Below, one piece after another: positions 1 through 9,857 of a DNA stretch of 64,000 nucleotides. Source of the stretch: a virus. Lineage: Duplodnaviria > Heunggongvirae > Uroviricota > Caudoviricetes. The position numbers and the translations under genes were made by a program. The stretch covers positions 64,001-128,000 of IMG/VR virus record IMGVR_UViG_3300012016_000001, one strand, 5' to 3'. A model generated the notes under the pieces. It saw only the letters and a list, made by a program, of their open reading frames with translations, was not told the origin of the DNA and searched no databases. The number at the start of each line of letters is the position of its first letter. Positions within the stretch are counted from its first letter, which is position 1.

Positions 1-1
1 G

Positions 2-154
2 AAGAATCTTGATTCAAGAAGTGGTTATAGAGAGGCTATAAGGAAATATGGTCTTGACTTTGTAGCTAAAGTAGAAGATAGAGTAACAGCTAATGCCTAT
101 AAAGATGAGTTACCTGTAGTACTAAAAAATATGGTAGATTTAGGCCATAGATAA
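2..154 (+). CDS. 3' end of a gene running in from the left; possibly NH3-dependent NAD+ synthetase (NadE-like C-terminus)
   Basis: Frame 2 reads KNLDSRSGYREAIRKYGLDFVAKVEDRVTANAYKDELPVVLKNMVDLGHR*, with TAA at 152-154. 'VAKVEDRVTANAYKDELP' resembles the NadE C-terminal 'V.KI..R...xxHK..P' segment, and the gene directly precedes nadD. Only 50 aa are visible. Confidence 0.4.
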   Translation, partial: KNLDSRSGYREAIRKYGLDFVAKVEDRVTANAYKDELPVVLKNMVDLGHR

Positions 155-155
155 T

Positions 156-683
156 ATGAAAGTTGCTATTTATTTGGGTTCTTTTAACCCTCCTCATTAC
201 GGACATCTTACAGTTATTAATGATGCATTACAAAGATTTAATATGGACAAAGTTGTAATAGTTCCTGCTATGCACAATCCTATTAAAAAGGAAAAGCCTG
301 CACCATTTGATTTAAGGTGTGACTGGATGGAGAGAGCTTGTGAAGGATTTAATAGATTAGTGGAAGTGGATAGAATCGAGGAATCAATGATTCCTCCTTT
401 CTATTCTTATGCTACGTTACATGCAATACGTAATAAATATTGTAAAGATGAAACTTTTTTGTTAGTTGGACAGGACTTAGTAAAAGAAATCCCAAATTGG
501 ATGAATGGAGGTCAAATTCTAAAAGATTGGGATTTATTAGTAGTAGACAGAGACCCTGGTGGACCTAGTTCATCAGAATATAGAAAGTGTCCACTATTGT
601 ATAATAGTTACATTCCAACAAATATTAGAGATGAAGTATTTTATTATTATATTGAACACAATGGAAAAGAATTGGAGTTATAA
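156..683 (+). CDS. nadD: Nicotinate/nicotinamide mononucleotide adenylyltransferase (NadD family), 175 aa
   Basis: GSFNPPHYGH (HxGH nucleotidyltransferase motif), SYATL, LLVGQDLVKEIPNW (GxD...W), VVDR and SSSEYRK (SSTxIR-like), all in NadD order. Confidence 0.9.
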   Translation: MKVAIYLGSFNPPHYGHLTVINDALQRFNMDKVVIVPAMHNPIKKEKPAPFDLRCDWMERACEGFNRLVEVDRIEESMIPPFYSYATLHAIRNKYCKDETFLLVGQDLVKEIPNWMNGGQILKDWDLLVVDRDPGGPSSSEYRKCPLLYNSYIPTNIRDEVFYYYIEHNGKELEL

Positions 684-1299
684 AATAACTGAAGGAGAGC
701 ACGCTGGAAAGACTCTTTGGAGTGGTAGATACTGTGCTGTTGTAGGTTTTGTTTTTCGTAGAATTGAAGGAATTTGGTCTGTATTAGCAAATAAAAGAGG
801 TACTGGTACACCAGACTACCAAGGATATTGGAACGCACCCTGCGGCTTCCTAGAGGCTAATGAGGATGCTCAACAAGGTGTATCTAGAGAAATTTTTGAA
901 GAAACTGGGTATCGAATAAAACCAGAAAAATTCTTACAAGTTTTCACTGAGACAGATCCAGAGACTTCAAATAATGCTAATGTCTCTATAAGACACTTAG
1001 CCATAATATTTGAGCATGAATTAGGAGCTCCTATTGAGCCTACTGGAGGAGAAGAAAATGAAGTAGATGCAGTACAATGGATAGCCATAGACCAAATAGG
1101 TAATTATAAGTGGGCATTTGGACATGACAAAGTTATTAGAGACTTTTTCTATGACTATGTGTACAATCTCACTGACCATACTATGCTGACTTCTGGCGAT
1201 TTCTTAATGTTAAGTAATTCTCGCTGGTTAAAGTTCAATCCTAGAGTTAAAGATATACTTAAAGGTAAAATACTTGGAACATTTGACATATATGATTAA
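661..1299 (+). CDS. Nudix hydrolase (ADP-ribose pyrophosphatase-like), about 212 aa
   Basis: Nudix box GFLEANEDAQQGVSREIFEETG (GX5EX7REUXEEXG), preceded by WNAPCG and followed by AFGH. Start moved from 559 to ATG 661, because the upstream part overlaps nadD out of frame. Confidence 0.88.
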   Translation: MEKNWSYKITEGEHAGKTLWSGRYCAVVGFVFRRIEGIWSVLANKRGTGTPDYQGYWNAPCGFLEANEDAQQGVSREIFEETGYRIKPEKFLQVFTETDPETSNNANVSIRHLAIIFEHELGAPIEPTGGEENEVDAVQWIAIDQIGNYKWAFGHDKVIRDFFYDYVYNLTDHTMLTSGDFLMLSNSRWLKFNPRVKDILKGKILGTFDIYD

Positions 1300-1723
1300 C
1301 ATTGATTCATTAATTACTGAGGCTCGTAAGGAGCAAAATCCTATCAAACTTGAAGCTTATAAACAGGTTAAGCAAGAGTTTGTGCTTAGAATTACTAATA
1401 AGGAGACTATAACTCCTGGAGTAGAAGTTGCTGTTATTAAAAAGTTAACAGCTCATTATAGTGATCAAGCCAAACTATACCATATAAATGGTAGAGAAGA
1501 AATTGCTAATGAGTATAGAGCATATGCAAGTGAACTTGAAAAACTTCTTCCAGAAATGATGTCGGAATCTGAGATAAAAGAAAAGGTAGAATACATAATA
1601 GAACACAAGTATCCTAATCCTACTAAAAAGGACATGGGAAAGATTATTAAAGACTTTAAAGACTCTTATTCTAATGCAGATGGTGCACTTCTTGCTAATG
1701 TAGTTAAAGGCTATTTGCAATGA
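1292..1723 (+). CDS. yqeY: GatB/YqeY domain protein, about 143 aa
   Basis: All-helical protein with YqeY hallmarks: 'LEKLLPEMMSESEI', 'KKDMGKIIK' and 'ADGALLANVVKGYL'. Start at ATG 1292. Confidence 0.8.
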   Translation: MINIDSLITEARKEQNPIKLEAYKQVKQEFVLRITNKETITPGVEVAVIKKLTAHYSDQAKLYHINGREEIANEYRAYASELEKLLPEMMSESEIKEKVEYIIEHKYPNPTKKDMGKIIKDFKDSYSNADGALLANVVKGYLQ

Positions 1724-2307
1724 TTATAGGAATATCAGGTAAAGCACAAGCTGGTAAGGACACTACTGCCAGAATGATTAATTTCTTGCGTTGGTATCCA
1801 AATGCTTCATGGTGTACATATCGGGATTCTGGGCTTTTTCCATTTGACTTTGAAGATAACATAGTACATTTTGCAGATTTATTAAAGTATGTTGCAGAAC
1901 GTATGTTATCCGTCCCTGTTTATACTATGCAAAGTATGGAAGGGAAATCTATGACTTTTGATTGGTTAGATGGGATGACTGGAAGAGAGTTCTTACAAAA
2001 ACTAGGTACTGCAGTTAGAAATGAAGTACATCCAGAATTCTGGACTCGTGCCTTATTTATAAAGGAAAAGGATAATCAAAACCTTATAATTCCTGATGTT
2101 AGGTTCCCAAATGAAGTCCAAATTATAAAAGACCATGGAGGAATGTTAATCAGAATAGAACGTCCTGGTGCAGGAGCAGGTAACCATATTAGCGAAATTG
2201 CTCTTGACAATTATAAAGGATGGGATATAGTTATAGATAATGTTGGAACATTAGAGAACTTATACAATCAAGTTAAGTTCTTAATGAATAATGATCAGAT
2301 TAAATAA
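1720..2307 (+). CDS. Deoxynucleoside monophosphate kinase (T4 gp1-like), 195 aa
   Basis: IIGISGKAQAGKDT P-loop, FADLLK, GREFLQKLGT..R, IPDVRFPNE and 'NHISE' motifs typical of phage dNMP kinases. Confidence 0.88.
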   Translation: MIIGISGKAQAGKDTTARMINFLRWYPNASWCTYRDSGLFPFDFEDNIVHFADLLKYVAERMLSVPVYTMQSMEGKSMTFDWLDGMTGREFLQKLGTAVRNEVHPEFWTRALFIKEKDNQNLIIPDVRFPNEVQIIKDHGGMLIRIERPGAGAGNHISEIALDNYKGWDIVIDNVGTLENLYNQVKFLMNNDQIK

Positions 2308-2310
2308 AAT

Positions 2311-2354
2311 AAAGGGGAGCTCGGTAGAAATACCGGGTTCCCCTATTTTTTTTT
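2311..2354. terminator. Bidirectional intrinsic terminator between the convergent early and late blocks
   Basis: 13-bp stem GGGGAGCTCGGTA-GAAA-TACCGGGTTCCCC (2314-2343, two G-U pairs), with an A-rich run on the left and a T9 run on the right, lying between stops at 2307 (+) and 2353 (-). Confidence 0.85.
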
Positions 2355-5300
2355 ATTTTTGGGCTTGTAAATACGCACGATATGTATCTTTTCCTCCTCT
2401 TGCAATAGCAAAATTATTTACTATAACACTTAATGCAGTCTTGTCTCCAAAAACAAATCCCATTGTGTCCCTTATTAACTTAGTATTTGTATCGTATATA
2501 GGAGCACTATTATTTTCAAATGCCCATGATATATAATTAATAGGTCCCATTAATGAATCTGGAGATTTTTTAGCAGCTTTATAGAATATTTCAGTAGTTA
2601 AGTTAGCAGCTATAGGATTAGTCTTCATTTCTTTCTTATAGTCTGTATAAGCAGGATCTAATGCTAGTTTAAATAAGAAGAAGAAGAATAATGAACTAAA
2701 TATGTCAGTAAGAAGTTTATCCATATTAGCTTTCTACCTTGGATTAGCCAATACCCAATCTTTTGCTATCTTCCAACCATCTGTAGTTCCTATATCCCAC
2801 ATTTCTTTGACAGTGTACCATATACCTTGTACTATCTCTGGAACTTTTTCAAGTACAGGCATTCCAGTATCTTCTGTTACCATGCTTCCATCATAATTCC
2901 AGAACAGTAGATTACCAGCCTCATCACGGGCTTGTTTGTCTACAAGAACTGTATTCTATCCAAAATAGTTATTATAAATACCATTCATCCAAGTAGTATA
3001 CATACCAAAGAACCACATAATAGTTTCATGTTCAGCCATACCTTTAAGTACCTTATCATAAGCACCATAAATATTATTAGCTAAAGCTTTTATATTTTCT
3101 ATTTCTTTATCAGAATATGGACTTAATAATCCTTTTTCACCATCTGGAGTTATATCTACCATATTTTCTGGATGTTCCATATTCCATTCTCTAGCCATTG
3201 ACATATAAAGAGCTAATGCTTTTTTGTATTCTGCATTTTCTTTTGGAGTTCCATCTACAAGTGCTTTAAATCTTAAGTCTTCTTTCCAATTATATACAAG
3301 TTGGTCATCAACTATCGAGTAACCATCCCACGCTCCGTCTTGCATACAACGTGCAACGAAAAGAGTCATACGATTTAGAAAGTCAGGCCTACGTAGTGTT
3401 GAATATGCCCAGTTTCTATAATTCATAGCACCTGCACGGCCTACTTTTAAAGATTCAGTACTTGCAAGGTCTATATTAGATAGACGATATCTAGACATTA
3501 ACTTACTGAGCATATTAATATTCATGGAATTTGTCATTCCATGAGTTACTACATAAGCATATGCAGCGGATATATTTTTAGCATCTAAGTCAGTATTTAA
3601 TTTAGTAAGTGCTCTCATATAATTCTCTTCAAAACCTTGGAACGTATCCCTAAAGAATGAAACTAAATTACCTCCTAAGTTTATAAGCGTTACCTAACTT
3701 CTTGCTTTAGATAATGCTCCGGTGACTATCTATCCAAATTTATTTTTAATGGTGCTATCATACACATTAACTGTTAAGAAATCCTATATATACTTGATAG
3801 CTTCATCAAAGTCTTTTGAATTCCCAGACTCCCTTCCCATTATATGCATTTGTAGTAATAAGGCCTTAGTACCTACTAGAAAGTTATTAAGTTTTTCTGT
3901 ACGTATACTAGCTGTTAGATAGTCAATTAATAATCCTTCTAGATTAGTTTCAAAGTAATCAACACCTTGTTTATCTATATATTGCTATCTGCTTATACTA
4001 CTAAATTTTCCATCACCAATATCGAAAGGATTTCTAACAGAGAGTTGTTCCCTTTGTTCCATTAGTACTTGCCTTTCCTACTCAGATATTCCTTCTACAA
4101 ATTCATCATACCATAAATCTGGGTCTTTTAGTATTTCAGTTACTCTCTTTAGCCTATTCTTCCAAGTTTCTTTCTATAGATTCTGCTAAGTTCTAGTTCC
4201 AGAAGAAGCTCTTTTTAAAGGTACGTATAAATAATCTCTAAATCTAGGCTTTTTTAAGTCCTATGCTATTTTAGGATCATTATATCCTGTATATCCTTTT
4301 GGATTAGATAATCCATGTCTTATTTTATAAAATTCAAATAGTAGCTTTTTTAGAAATACTCTTTCAGCATCATCTAGTTCTGGGTCTTCATATGGATTTT
4401 TAAAATTCATAGTTTTCTTACCCTAATCATCAAGTTCAAAGAGATGTTCAAATACTGAATTAATATTACCGATAATAGCATTCTAAGTTAGAGTATATCC
4501 CTTTGCTTCTAGGTACTCCATAATAAAACTTCTTAGATTCTAAGAATAATATTGCTCAATCTCTGTAGCCATTGTATTAAAGGTCTATACCAAACCGCTA
4601 GTAACAAGTCGTATATTAGCATTTGAAACATTAGTACTAGTACTCATGTTTCTACTACCTATTCCTAATTTTTCCCCATAAACTAACTTCTCTCCTTTAT
4701 AATAATGGTAAGCATTAGCTACAGCAATATATAGTCTACAAGCTTTTTCTCGATCTCCATTATAGCTACTATTTGCTTTATCAATGATATCTTTTGGAGT
4801 TTTTAGTCCAGACATTAAATGTCCAAGACTTCCTCGTTCAAAAGCCTTTAATAAATCACCAAGAGCTTTAATTTTGGCTGCTCTATCCATAGTATTAGCA
4901 AGTTCAAATACTTTCTAGAAGTTTCCACTTCCGTAATCTTGTATATCTGCTTGTGAAAAATGCTAAGTAGCTAAAGCATATTCTCTCATTATTAAATCTA
5001 TAGGATTAGTAAAGTTAGAACGTCCTAAAGTATTAAAATTATTTGTAAACTTAAATTCAGGATTTTTATCACTTACTACCTATACAATAGTTGGTAAATA
5101 GTTCTATACTACATCAGATACAGAATACTATACCTATGTTCCTAAAGGACTTATTACTTTTATATTTCCTAGTTGATTATTTTGCAAGTCAAGCTTTCCT
5201 AGTATCTAATTGATTAGTAGTGTAGTTCTTAATACTTCAAGACTTCCATAAGTTCCAGGTAACATATTTTGAGCATCTGCATCTCTTTTATACATTCCTA

Positions 5301-6960
5301 GAATAGTATGTGTTCCCTTTTTCAAAGGCATTTGTACATCAGTATTATAACCACTTAGAGTAATAAAGTCTATCTAATTAGTAACATTATTTTGTATAAT
5401 AAGTACATTATAATCAATTAAATCATCCAAAATTTTCCAGTTATAAGTTCTTTTCTTTTTATCGGGGCTTTCGGTATAGTCTTGAAGGTATGGACGTAAT
5501 ATTTCTTCAAGAAATACTCCACTTCCACTTAAGCCTTGTGTTCTAGCCAATAAACGTCCAGCATCAACAAAATAACCCTTATCTCCTGAATCTTTAATTT
5601 TCTTAATAACCTATTTTAAAGTGTTTACTAGATATAAATTATTATCTTCTAATTCAGATATATGTTCTTTAACAACATCTAAAATTTCTTGGTTACTGTT
5701 CTTAGGTTTAGTGCTTTTTATATGATACTAAGTACCATTTAACACAACTTCCCAAGTTTTATCAGGATTTCTTGATATTACTAAAGGTTCTGCTTGTCCA
5801 GAGACAGGAGCGTTTTTTACATATTCGATGGCAGAACGATGTATACCTTCGCTTTTTATATTAATTCCAGGAACAATATATTGTGCTTGTTCTTCAACTA
5901 TATCAAAATCAGAAGTAGATATATTTGGAACTTCTATGTCTGACTTTACAAAGAACTTAGCTTTATTATCATATGGTTCCATGCTATATCCTCCTTTTCC
6001 AGCAGTTATATTTCTAGGGTTACCTATAATTACATTTTCTAACATACTATATGTCTAGTCATATTGTAAAGTTACAGGTACAATATGCATGTCAATTCCT
6101 TTTACAGGTATACCATTCTATCTGAGTATCTACTTTATAAAAGCCATATAATACTTATATTTTTCTATTTTTTCATTAGCCCACATATCATAAGGCTAAG
6201 TTGAAGCTTTAAAATTGTATAAGTGTAGTACTCCAGAACTATCTATTGCAAGATAATCAATATGTCCAAATATATCTTGTCCTAAAGACTCTATTGTTCC
6301 TTTTATACCAAGGTGACTTATAATTTGTGGATCTGTAAATCTATATATATTATTATTAGCAAAAGCTTCCATTTGTCGTTTTATAGATTTTATTAAGTCT
6401 GAACGTCCAGCAAATGCAGTTCCTGATATATGTTTACTTATCCCGTCTTCAAAATCAGCAGTTCTTTTTGAATATATAGCATTTATATTGTCTATTATTT
6501 TATGTAATACTACAGAATCTTCTAATATCCTTTGTCTATTAGCAATTAACTCGTCAACCTTCCGTTCTGCTTCTGCCTATGATAAGTTAGCTTTTTTCTC
6601 ATCCATTAGATTAGCTATTTCCATAGCACGTAATTCTGCAGAATCATAGCGTCTAACTAGAGGTTCTCCATCTACAAAACATCTAGGATCATCGATAAAT
6701 TCCTATGCGGACATTCCCTCAGTAGTACCTAATTCGTCCTCGGATAATGAACTATTAGTAGAAGAAGATAGTTTAATTTCATGTGCAACTTTTTCTCTTA
6801 AATCTTCGAGTTGTCTTGCTATTGTTTCTTGTCTTAGATTTTTTGCAAATACTATATCATCCATATCTGTAAACTCACTAACATCCATTTTATCTATCTC
6901 TGCTAATAACTCTACTATATTGTAGGGCTTCCCATTAAAAGTATATATACATTGTTTCAT
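2353..6960 (-). CDS. Giant virion cargo protein, 1535 aa (TAG=Gln), with an N-terminal PD-(D/E)XK-like domain
   Basis: Track fragments 2353, 2956, 4585, 5728 and 6703 share one frame; all but 2353 end at TAG. Start is MKQCIY at 6960 and the stop is TAA at 2353. Contains 'VLHKIID...GHIDYLAIDSSGVLHLYNFKAS'. Confidence 0.8.
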
Positions 6961-9857
6961 TATTCACAACTTTCTTCTATTTTCTTATCGTTTAACTACT
7001 TTTCTAGCCAATTAGCCTTTTTTCTTTGCATTTGGATTTCACCGTTACCCTTTATAAAGGATGGGTTATTCTTAAGAGTTAATGCTACGTCCCTATTAAA
7101 TCTATTCCAAAAACCTAGCATTGTAGAATCTGAATATTCCTTGAGAGGCTTATCAGCATCCTTCATATCAAATATATTGTTTTCATTTTCTTTTAGTTCT
7201 TTAGAATCTTCAAACAAAGTATTTAAATCGTACGGTAAATGTTTATTCATATGCTGTCCATACATATCTGCAAATACTTCTTCTGCAAGATCGTAGTAAG
7301 AACGATTTGGATATAATTTCCTTTTACGTTCTATAGCATTAGCTGCATATTCTGTATTTAAAGCTCTCTATAGTAAGGCTATATAAGCTTCTCTAGTAGC
7401 TGGATTAGCTTTAAGTACTCCAAGTATTAAATGAGCATATTCATGGAATGGATCTTGTACGTCAGCAGTAGAACTATTTATATATATTTCTCCGTTATGA
7501 ATAAATGCTTTTACTGTAGAATCTAATTCAAGTCCATTTAAATTCATAGCTAATTGAAGCATTTCTTCTTCGGCTTCAGTTCTCCCTTCTATAGCCTATA
7601 ATTTAGCTATTGTTTCTGGATTTGTAGCCTCTATAATATCATCATTAGATATTACATGTACTGGAACTCCAAATTTATTTTGCAAAGTAGTAGAAAGAGT
7701 TTCCAAAAATTTTATGATTGGAACTCTAGGAGAAGTTTTTGCTTCCTAGGGAGTAGTTTTATCAGTTTCTATAAAGTAATAACGTCTTTGACCTTCATTC
7801 TTAGTTTGTACAGATGACTTTATATAATAATATTTTACTGGAGCTTTCTTTATATCTGTTACTATAGCTCTAAATACATCTCCATTTTCTCTATTATATT
7901 GTATTCTTCCATCTTCTCCAACAAAATTCATTCTTTGGTTCACTTCACTTAGAAATATGGCAGCTTTTTCTGCAGTATCTATATTATTTATAATGTACTC
8001 TTTTACGTCAGCTCCGACATTTAAACCATTTATATAATCATAAAAATCCCACAGAGTTTTTTCTAGTAATATGGATTCATTATTTAACATATTATCAGTA
8101 CTAACAACCATATCTATAGAGGTTATTATGCTTTTAGCTGGAATAAATCCATCACTTAAAAATGTACTACCCTCCCTTGTAGTGAGCTTTCCATTCTTTT
8201 TCCTTACCTTTAAATCAAATAAGCCGTAATTTTTTAATATTTCTCTACTAGATTTAATAGCAATAGCTTCTTTTGCTTCTTCTAAGGTATGATAAGATGT
8301 ACCATCTGAATAAGGAGTTAATATACCCTTAGTAAAGAAAAATGCCTAAACTCCATTTATTGCTCCTGAATATATTGTATATCCATTTTGTGTTTCTATT
8401 TCACTAAACTAACTAATAGTGTCATATCCAAGTCCGTATACACTTTTTATTGTTGGATATGCACTTTCTAGTTTTAATATATTTCCCTTTATTTTTTTCG
8501 CTTTGTATCTAATAGGATTAGTGGTTGGACCTAAAAGACTTTGTAACCAATTAATAAAAGATTCGCCTAACCATTGTTCTTCGTCCTAATCGATATCCTC
8601 ATTCAGTCTATTTACAAAAGATTTTTCTAATTCTGAGAGTTTGCTAAATTTTTCATCAGTTATAGCTGCTTTTATAGCCTCTTTTACTTCAGAGCCCTCT
8701 TTGTTTATAAATTCTATAAACTTTTCTGGAGAGTTAATATCCAATAGCTTTAATACTTCTGGTATATCAGACTTAAGTACTTTAGAATAATACTATTTTA
8801 AATTTACTTCTGCAGAGTTAAATCCGTAAGTGAATCTTTTTACAAATTCATTTACTAACGGGTGGTCATAACCTTTTAACTTATGCTCTCCATTTAAAAC
8901 TAAATATATATCTTTAACAAATGTTTTTTCTTCATCAGACAGTCTACTAAATTCACTAGTAGCTATTAAATCTTTGAATCTTTCTTTTATGTATTCCTTA
9001 TTTTTAGCTCTAAATTCATTGAATTTATCTATAGTATCTATTCTAAGTAGTTTTGATACACTAGGTAGTTTCTACTAAAATGTATTACTGTAATAATCAT
9101 CTACTTTAATATCACTAGAATTTAAACTATCCATAAATGTAGTCAGTAATGGATCTCCTTGTAATTTAGGTATACTATTTAAAACGTTAGCTACATCTTC
9201 TAATACAAGGAATACACTACGTTTACCAGGCTCTTTCTTAATATCCTTATATTTCTTTTTATTATTTAAGTAATCACTTACTAAATCCCTTTTAGTTGGA
9301 AGATCTTTACTTTTAAGCTTTTCAAAAACTTCATCTAATTCATTAACTAAGTCTTCATTAAGAGAATCTATAAAATTCTCTGATAATCTTTCTCTTGTTG
9401 TTAAATATTTTCCTAACTTAATTACAGAATTCTTATCACCCTTGATTACAAATATTTCATTTCCTTTTGTATCGATTACTCTACCTTGAACTCCATTTTT
9501 AGTACTTCTATCTAAATTATCTAGAAGCAAGATAGGAACATCTACATCAGGAAATTCTATATCTGGATACATTGCTTTTATATAGGCAGTATTAACATTA
9601 GGGATTAAATCTTTAGCTTCTTGTATGTCATTATAAGTAACATCTTTAATAACTGCACTAGTAGAGCTCATGTAATTAATAAGATTATCTACAAATGTTT
9701 TCCATTCAGGACTGTTTTTTAATATCTTATTTAGATTTTGTTGAAGATTATCTACGAGAAAGTTTCCTTTCCCGTAGATTTCTTCATCACTAAGGTTAGA
9801 TATAGTTATACCTTCACCTTCTTTAGTTCCATAATTTATCTGAATAGTACAAGTCAT
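6960..9857 (-). CDS. Virion cargo protein with zincin metallopeptidase-like domain, 965 aa (TAG=Gln)
   Basis: Fragments 6996, 7368, 7746 and 9075 are in frame. HEYAH at 7431-7445 and EEVFAD at 7266-7283. The TAA at 6960-6962 overlaps the next ATG (TAATG). Confidence 0.8.

Noticed and set aside
559-660. Longer Nudix start at 559
   Set aside because: It overlaps nadD out of frame by more than 100 nt and reads as non-protein-like sequence. ATG 661 gives a normal short overlap.
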